This document shows positions 8,388-13,344 of a stretch of DNA of 13,344 nt, in pieces. The notes beneath the pieces were generated by a model, which did no database searches, had not been told where the DNA came from, and saw only the letters and a list, made by a program, of their open reading frames with translations. This DNA comes from Candidatus Eiseniibacteriota bacterium (lineage in GTDB: Bacteria; Eisenbacteria; RBG-16-71-46; JABDJR01; JAWXBZ01): NCBI GenBank assembly GCA_034440375.1, contig JAWXBZ010000121.1:1-13344 (forward strand). Reading direction: 5' to 3'. Position 1 is the first letter of the stretch. Each line of letters opens with the position of its first letter. Position numbers and translations under genes: made by a program.

Positions 8388-9031
8388 GCTGGGTCACCCA
8401 TCGCTGTTATCAGCCCGCGGGCGGCGACGCCCGGGTCGTCGGCGCCCAGTATGGCCCCGATGACGGCCACGCCGGCGGGTGCTCGTCCGGCTCCGGGAGG
8501 TGGTGACATCAACAGCCGGCTCCGCTCGGCGTTGATTCCGCCGAGGGCATAGACGGGAATCGCCACCGCTGCTGCGATCGACCAGAGCGCCTCCGAACCG
8601 AGCGGGACCGCGCCGGATGTGACCGCCTTTGACCATGGCGTAAAGATCGGCGCCAGCAGCACGAAGTCGGCGCCGGAAAGGGTTGCCCCCTCGGCCTCGG
8701 CGGCTGAATGGGCCGAGTAACCAACACGGCATTCAGGTGGAAGAAGACGTCGTGCCTCACGGATCGGCAGCGAGGCCGCCCCGAGCTGCACGCCGTGGGC
8801 CCGGAGTGACAGCGCGAGGTCGATCCGGTCGTTAATGTAGAAGCTGGCTCCGTGACGGCGTGTGAGTGCCGAGAGTTCGCGGCCAAGCTGGTAAAGGTCG
8901 GCGCCGGAAAGATTCTTGTCACGGAGCTGCACGGCGTCCACGCCGCCGGCCAGCGCCGCCTCCACGGCCTCGAGGAGAGCCATCCGGGTGGTGGCCCGGT
9001 CCGTGATCAACAGGAGACGGAACGGCGTCAG
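8384..9031 (-). CDS. thiE: Thiamine-phosphate synthase (ThiE/TenI family)
   Basis: [43 protein letters not shown]...[18 protein letters not shown]. The start is uncertain; a CTG at 9031 overlapping the thiG stop gives 215 aa. Confidence 0.85.
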   Translation of the reverse strand: MTPFRLLLITDRATTRMALLEAVEAALAGGVDAVQLRDKNLSGADLYQLGRELSALTRRHGASFYINDRIDLALSLRAHGVQLGAASLPIREARRLLPPECRVGYSAHSAAEAEGATLSGADFVLLAPIFTPWSKAVTSGAVPLGSEALWSIAAAVAIPVYALGGINAERSRLLMSPPPGAGRAPAGVAVIGAILGADDPGVAARGLITAMGDPA

Positions 9032-9795
9032 CGGCCGACAATCCCTTCGATGGGGCTGGAGGCGGTGGCGTGGAGCTTCATCGGGATCCGCCCGGCAAGG
9101 AAGGCCAGGCGGCCCGATTCCACCGCCAGCTTCATGGCCCGGGCCATCATCACCGGATCCCCGGCCCCGGCGATGGCGCTGTTCATCAGTACCCCGTCGC
9201 AACCGAGTTCCATCGCCAGCGAGGCGTCAGAGGCCGTGCCGACACCGGCATCCACGATAACCGGCACCCCGCACGTTTCCCGAATGATCCGAAGACTGTA
9301 GGGATTGCGGATGCCAAGCCCGGAGCCGATCGGCGCACCGAGCGGCATCACCGCCGGGCAGCCCAGTTCGGCCAGTCGTTTGCACAGGACCGGATCGTCG
9401 TGCGTGTAGGGGAGAACCGTGAATCCGTCCTTGATGAGGGCTGCCGTCGCCTCGAGCAGAGCCGGCCCGTCGGGATAAAGCGTTTGTTCGTCCCCGATCA
9501 CTTCGAGCTTGACCAGCGCGGTGCCGAGCGCCTCCCGGCCAAGTTGCGCGGTGAGAATGGCGTCCTTCGCCGTGTAGCAACCGGCGGTGTTCGGCAAAAG
9601 GCTCACGTTGAGCCGCTGGAGCGCGCCAAGGATCGAACCCTGGCCGCTGTCCGACAGATCAACACGGCGGATGGCCACGGTCACGAGGTCGGCGCCGGAC
9701 TCGCCGATGGCCGCCTCGAGCAGGTCGACCGATGGGTAGCGCCCGGTGCCAACGATGAGCCTCGATCGAAACTGGTACTCGCCGAATTGGAGCAT
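9028..9795 (-). CDS. thiG: Thiazole synthase
   Basis: [29 protein letters not shown] (Schiff-base Lys), [30 protein letters not shown]. Confidence 0.97.
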   Translation of the reverse strand: MLQFGEYQFRSRLIVGTGRYPSVDLLEAAIGESGADLVTVAIRRVDLSDSGQGSILGALQRLNVSLLPNTAGCYTAKDAILTAQLGREALGTALVKLEVIGDEQTLYPDGPALLEATAALIKDGFTVLPYTHDDPVLCKRLAELGCPAVMPLGAPIGSGLGIRNPYSLRIIRETCGVPVIVDAGVGTASDASLAMELGCDGVLMNSAIAGAGDPVMMARAMKLAVESGRLAFLAGRIPMKLHATASSPIEGIVGR

Positions 9796-9800
9796 GCCCC

Positions 9801-10019
9801 TCAGCCGCCTCCCACGGCGCGGATGATTTCGACCCTGTCGCCGTCTGAAAGGACGAGAGTGCCGAGTTCGTTCTGTCGGACCACGATGTCGTTGACGGCC
9901 ACCGCGATGCCCGACCCTTCGAGGCCGAGGCGCGACAGGAGGTCGGCCGGCGTGGTGCCAGGGTCCACTATTTCCGCGGCGCCGTTCACCTGGATGCCAA
10001 TTCTCAATTCAAGGCTCAT
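9801..10019 (-). CDS. thiS: Sulfur carrier protein ThiS
   Basis: IQVNG...IAVAVN..VV....[15 protein letters not shown] with the C-terminal Gly-Gly, directly upstream of thiG. ATG at 10019; 72 aa. Confidence 0.93.
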   Translation of the reverse strand: MSLELRIGIQVNGAAEIVDPGTTPADLLSRLGLEGSGIAVAVNDIVVRQNELGTLVLSDGDRVEIIRAVGGG

Positions 10020-10050
10020 CCGTGCATGGTAGCGCACTCGGCGGCGCGCC

Positions 10051-10086
10051 AAAAGCAAAACGGCGACCCCGAAGAGATCGCCGTTT
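10051..10086 (-). terminator. Intrinsic terminator downstream of the histone-like gene
   Basis: Minus strand: AAACGGCGATCTC-TTCG-GGGTCGCCGTTT followed by TGCTTTT. This is a GC-rich stem with a C(UUCG)G tetraloop and a U-rich tail, 36 nt after the stop at 10123. Confidence 0.8.
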
Positions 10087-10122
10087 CACAGTCCAGCGGC
10101 GCCCGGCGGGCACCGGTCGATC

Positions 10123-10323
10123 CTACAGATCGACGGGCTTGAGCGTCTTCCGCTTGTTGCCGATCGCGCGGGCTTCCGCGCCGGCGACCATCTCGCGCAC
10201 CTTCTTGTCGAGGGCACCGTAGAAATCGCTCGACACATTGCACTTCTTCGAGGCGGCCTTCGTGCGGCTCTTGGAGATGATCAGTTCCACGGGCTTCTTC
10301 GCCGACTTCTTGGCACCAGCCAT
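10123..10323 (-). CDS. Bacterial histone-fold protein (prokaryotic histone singlet) with a Lys-rich N-terminal tail
   Basis: 66 aa: MAGAKKSAKKPVELIISKSRTKAASKKCNVSSDFYGALDKKVREMVAGAEARAIGNKRKTLKPVDL. It shows alpha1 LIISKSRTK, L1 NVSSD, a long amphipathic alpha2, L2 RKTL and the R-x-T-x4-D clamp. AAGGAG RBS lies 8 nt before the ATG at 10323. Confidence 0.88.
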   Translation of the reverse strand: MAGAKKSAKKPVELIISKSRTKAASKKCNVSSDFYGALDKKVREMVAGAEARAIGNKRKTLKPVDL

Positions 10324-10417
10324 GTTATTCACTCCTTGCGTGTAGAGGTGGAGATGGGAGACGGCCCCCGCGGTCCCGCCGCAGCGTGGCCATGCTTCCG
10401 ACCCTTCAACGCCCGGG

Positions 10418-10445
10418 ACTATACCCGCGCGAAACTGCGTATCAA
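10418..10445 (-). promoter_or_regulatory. Sigma70-type promoter of the histone-like gene
   Basis: Minus strand TTGATA-N16-TATAGT; both hexamers match consensus at 5 of 6 positions in a GC-rich background. Confidence 0.65.
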
Positions 10446-10514
10446 AGCCCCCTTGCGCTGAAAAACCCATGTTTCCGCCCCGGCGTGCACATTTCATGAA
10501 TCGGTGGCCAGGGT

Positions 10515-10542
10515 TCAGGACCGCCGTCGGCCCGGCCGATAA
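10515..10542 (+). promoter_or_regulatory. Candidate sigma28-family promoter
   Basis: TCAGG-N15-GCCGATAA: a perfect FliA-type -10 element with a weaker -35, 75 nt upstream of the ATG at 10618. Confidence 0.35.
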
Positions 10543-10617
10543 CAAGGATCAAACCCCGTCTTGAATTGCTGACCGTCGGCCGACCAGGCCCAGGCCCTGC
10601 CACTTCCGAGGTGCACC

Positions 10618-11007
10618 ATGCCCAGACGCACTCTCCTTTCGATCGCCATCCTCCCCCTCCTCATGATCGGCTGCGGCTATCAAAAGACCTGGGTCGCCAG
10701 TGACCCGCTGCAGCTCACCGCCAAGCCCGGGGGCTACGACATGCCGGTATCCCGGGGGGGCACCAATCGGGCCCACAAGATCCTCGGCGACCTGTCCGTC
10801 ACGACCCGGATCAAGCCGAACTGGTCCACCGAAAGCAGCCACGACCTGGCGGTCAAGGATCTCCAGAAGGAGGCCATTCGCCGGGGCGCCGATGCGATCA
10901 TCGATTTGAGGACATCCGAGCGGGACAAGGATGGGCATACCCGGCTGACCGTCTCCGGCCACCTGATTCTGTTCACCGGGCCGCCGCCGATCGCGGCCCG
11001 CGGTTGA
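10618..11007 (+). CDS. Small lipoprotein with a YbjQ-like (heavy-metal-binding-like) domain
   Basis: GAGG RBS and lipoprotein signal MPRRTLLSIAILPLLMIG-C. Motif HKILGDLSV...AVKDLQKEAIRRGADAIIDLR...VSGHLI is typical of the YbjQ-like 'A..LGADAII' fold. Confidence 0.72.
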   Translation: MPRRTLLSIAILPLLMIGCGYQKTWVASDPLQLTAKPGGYDMPVSRGGTNRAHKILGDLSVTTRIKPNWSTESSHDLAVKDLQKEAIRRGADAIIDLRTSERDKDGHTRLTVSGHLILFTGPPPIAARG

Positions 11008-11085
11008 ACTGGGGGCGAGCGCGCCGTACGATCATGACTCCAGAACAGTCAATTACCCCGATTACCTCGTTGGAGGAGGATCGCG

Positions 11086-11634
11086 ATGACCCGCTCGCCT
11101 GCCGGCTCTTGGATACTTGTCCTGGGATTTGTCCTGGCCGGTCTGGCCGGCTGCGGAGCCGGAGGCCAGACGCCTCCCCCCGAAACCGGTGTTGTACCGG
11201 CCGGCCAGTCGTTGGAGACCTCGGGTGTCGAGGTCGAGATATTCACGTCGGCCGAGAGAATTCTCGTTCATGGCTTCCGCATCGATTTCCCGAAATTGCG
11301 AAACATAACCGAACTGATCGGTTTCGCTCCGGAGCAGTGGGATCGCATCGTCAGGATTCCGCTCGCCGATCTCCAGGAATTTCAGATTCGCGGCATCATC
11401 GATTCGGCGACGTTTGGCCGGATCTACGCCAACCGTGAACAGTTTTCCGTGGAGCCGGAGGAGTTTTTCAACGTCACGATTGTCGCGCTCGACGGCACCC
11501 GCAGCGATCTCGTGGCTATCCTGCCCCGATTTCGGGGCATCAGGGACGGCGTCGTATGGGAATTATCGATGCGCGGCAACCCCGCTCGCATTGACCGGGT
11601 CATCGTTCGCCACTCTGAACAGGGGAGGCATTGA
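11086..11634 (+). CDS. Hypothetical lipoprotein
   Basis: GGAGGAGG RBS, hydrophobic signal ending in a canonical LAGC lipobox, Pro-rich linker, then a globular region I do not recognise. Confidence 0.72.
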   Translation: MTRSPAGSWILVLGFVLAGLAGCGAGGQTPPPETGVVPAGQSLETSGVEVEIFTSAERILVHGFRIDFPKLRNITELIGFAPEQWDRIVRIPLADLQEFQIRGIIDSATFGRIYANREQFSVEPEEFFNVTIVALDGTRSDLVAILPRFRGIRDGVVWELSMRGNPARIDRVIVRHSEQGRH

Positions 11635-13309
11635 TCCACCAGAGGTCGAAATTGCCGCCCGATTGCCATGCGACGCGCGATCCGTCCCGGCTCACGGTGG
11701 CATGATCCTCGAGTGATGCCTCGTCATCCATGATCGGCACGACCGAGCCGTCGGTCCGGTTCAACCGGAACACGCCCGAATTGCCGCCCACGGACCGCGT
11801 GAAGACCAACCCTTCCGCATGATTCAACACGGGCGCCGGCCGTCCATCCCATGAGCCGGCTCCGGCCGGCGTCGTCAGGCGCCGCGGCATGCCCCCTTCG
11901 ATCGGCACACTCCAGAGTGCCCGATCGCCCCCCCGATCAGACTCGAAGACGATTGTCCGATTATCCGCCAACAGGCACGGCCACGCATCAACGGCCTTAT
12001 CATCGGTGACCCGTGAGGGCTCACCACCGGCCGCCGATACGACCCACAGGTCCGTTTGCCCCAGCCGATCCGACACGAACACGATCATCATCCCGTCCGG
12101 ACTCCACCGGGCTTCCCCATCCCTGGCCGGATCGTTGGTGAGATTGAAATACTCCACCCCCGATGGATCCATGATCCAGATGTCGGGATTCCCTGAGCGA
12201 TGGCTCGTGAACACAATACGATTAGCGGAGCCCGACCAGTCCGGATCGATATCGTTTTCCCGACTGGCCGTGACCGGCCCCGCGCCACCGTCGGAAACGC
12301 CCACCCGCCAGATGTCATCCTGCCCATCCAGATTCGAGTGGAACGCCAACTCCGTGGCATCCGGCGACCATGAGGGGTGGAGGTTCCGACCCCAGGCTGC
12401 CTGCACCGTATCGATTGTCCCGCCCCCCAGCGGCCGCGCCACCAGTGCCCAGGGGGAGGTCCGGGCGTACACCAGCCGCGAGCCACCATTCATCCAACAT
12501 GACTCGTGGATATCGGTGCGTTCGTCCGTGATCAGCGTCACCCGCCCATCCGGCTCGAGCACGTAGAGGTTGGCATATCCGGTCGTATCGGAGGTAAATG
12601 CCAGACGCCCATCCGGTGCGGGATTCGGATGTCGCTCACGGGCCGGTCCGGAGGTCAGCCGCATCCAGGGCCCGCCGGCTCCGGGGATCGCCCATAGATC
12701 CACCTCCGCACCGACCCGGGCTGACACGAGCACGTCAGTTCCTCGCCACACGGGATCCATCAGGACAAAATCGGGGGAGGGAGGTGCCACTGCCGAAACT
12801 GGGGAGGCCTGGCCTGTCGACATCGTCAGCACCCAGACTTCCGCACGCCCCGTACGATCACTCACGAACGCCAGACGATCGCCCGGCTGATTCCAGGCTG
12901 GTTGCCGATCCGCCCCCGCCTCCACGGTCAGCCGCCGCGCTTCACCGCCGGTCATCTCGATGACAAGAATGTCGGACTCCAAACCCACGACCTGAGTGAA
13001 CGCCACCCGCGTCCCATCCGGACTGATGGCGGGCTGCCGATCGTCACCGGCCCCCGCATACAACAGCCGTCGCTCACCCGGCTCTGCCGGGTCGATGACG
13101 AACAGATCAAGGTCGGCTTCGCCGAACGATGAGAAGACGAGGAGTTTTCCGTCTGGTGAGAGAGATGGTTCGCCATCAAATCGAGCTTCGTGGGTCAGAG
13201 CCGTGGGGTAGGGCCGCACCCACCTGGCCGACTTTTTCGCGCAGGAAGCCCCCGCCAACAGGGCCAGACCCCCACCACCCAGCACCTTCAACCATGATTG
13301 GTATCTCAT
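11600..13309 (-). CDS. PD40/TolB-like repeat beta-propeller protein, probable lipoprotein
   Basis: About 12 repeats of the type P.WSPDG..I.F.S.R.G..D.W. Signal GGLALLAGAS-C. No TolB N-terminal domain and no catalytic domain apparent. Confidence 0.88.
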   Translation of the reverse strand: MRYQSWLKVLGGGGLALLAGASCAKKSARWVRPYPTALTHEARFDGEPSLSPDGKLLVFSSFGEADLDLFVIDPAEPGERRLLYAGAGDDRQPAISPDGTRVAFTQVVGLESDILVIEMTGGEARRLTVEAGADRQPAWNQPGDRLAFVSDRTGRAEVWVLTMSTGQASPVSAVAPPSPDFVLMDPVWRGTDVLVSARVGAEVDLWAIPGAGGPWMRLTSGPARERHPNPAPDGRLAFTSDTTGYANLYVLEPDGRVTLITDERTDIHESCWMNGGSRLVYARTSPWALVARPLGGGTIDTVQAAWGRNLHPSWSPDATELAFHSNLDGQDDIWRVGVSDGGAGPVTASRENDIDPDWSGSANRIVFTSHRSGNPDIWIMDPSGVEYFNLTNDPARDGEARWSPDGMMIVFVSDRLGQTDLWVVSAAGGEPSRVTDDKAVDAWPCLLADNRTIVFESDRGGDRALWSVPIEGGMPRRLTTPAGAGSWDGRPAPVLNHAEGLVFTRSVGGNSGVFRLNRTDGSVVPIMDDEASLEDHATVSRDGSRVAWQSGGNFDLWWINASPVQSGER

Positions 13310-13344
13310 CCCACGAGGCTAGCAACCTCCGCCCTCCCCAACAA

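Noticed and set aside
9032-9202. N-terminal extension of thiE in the ORF track
   Set aside because: It is an alternative frame of the thiG 3' end, Arg/Gly/Pro-rich and unlike ThiE.
9070-10032. 320-aa plus-strand ORF and other short overlapping ORFs
   Set aside because: Antisense or alternate-frame shadows of thiG/thiS and other well-supported genes.
10324-10545. 74-aa N-terminal extension of the histone ORF in the ORF track
   Set aside because: It spans the promoter and UTR; the strong RBS and codon bias begin at ATG 10323.

Overview
A GC-rich bacterial chromosomal window, mostly housekeeping genes. In order: the 3' part of a UPF0182 membrane protein gene; an MCAD-like acyl-CoA dehydrogenase (-); two exported hypothetical proteins; a small conserved hypothetical gene abutting ribonuclease R (rnr); a minus-strand thiS-thiG-thiE-SAM methyltransferase operon; two lipoproteins; and a 12-repeat PD40/TolB-like beta-propeller lipoprotein (-). 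The most interesting element is a 66-aa stand-alone gene at 10123..10323 (-), hidden inside a longer ORF call. It looks like a bacterial histone-fold protein with a lysine-rich N-terminal tail and has its own sigma70-like promoter, strong RBS and intrinsic terminator. Also notable: a secreted His/Pro-rich protein with exact C2H2 zinc-finger spacing behind a candidate sigma54 promoter, a probable CTG start for thiE, leaderless-type promoters, and a 122-nt convergent overlap between rnr and the methyltransferase. No RNA genes, CRISPR arrays or mobile elements were seen. All family assignments come from motif recognition by eye, not from database searches.
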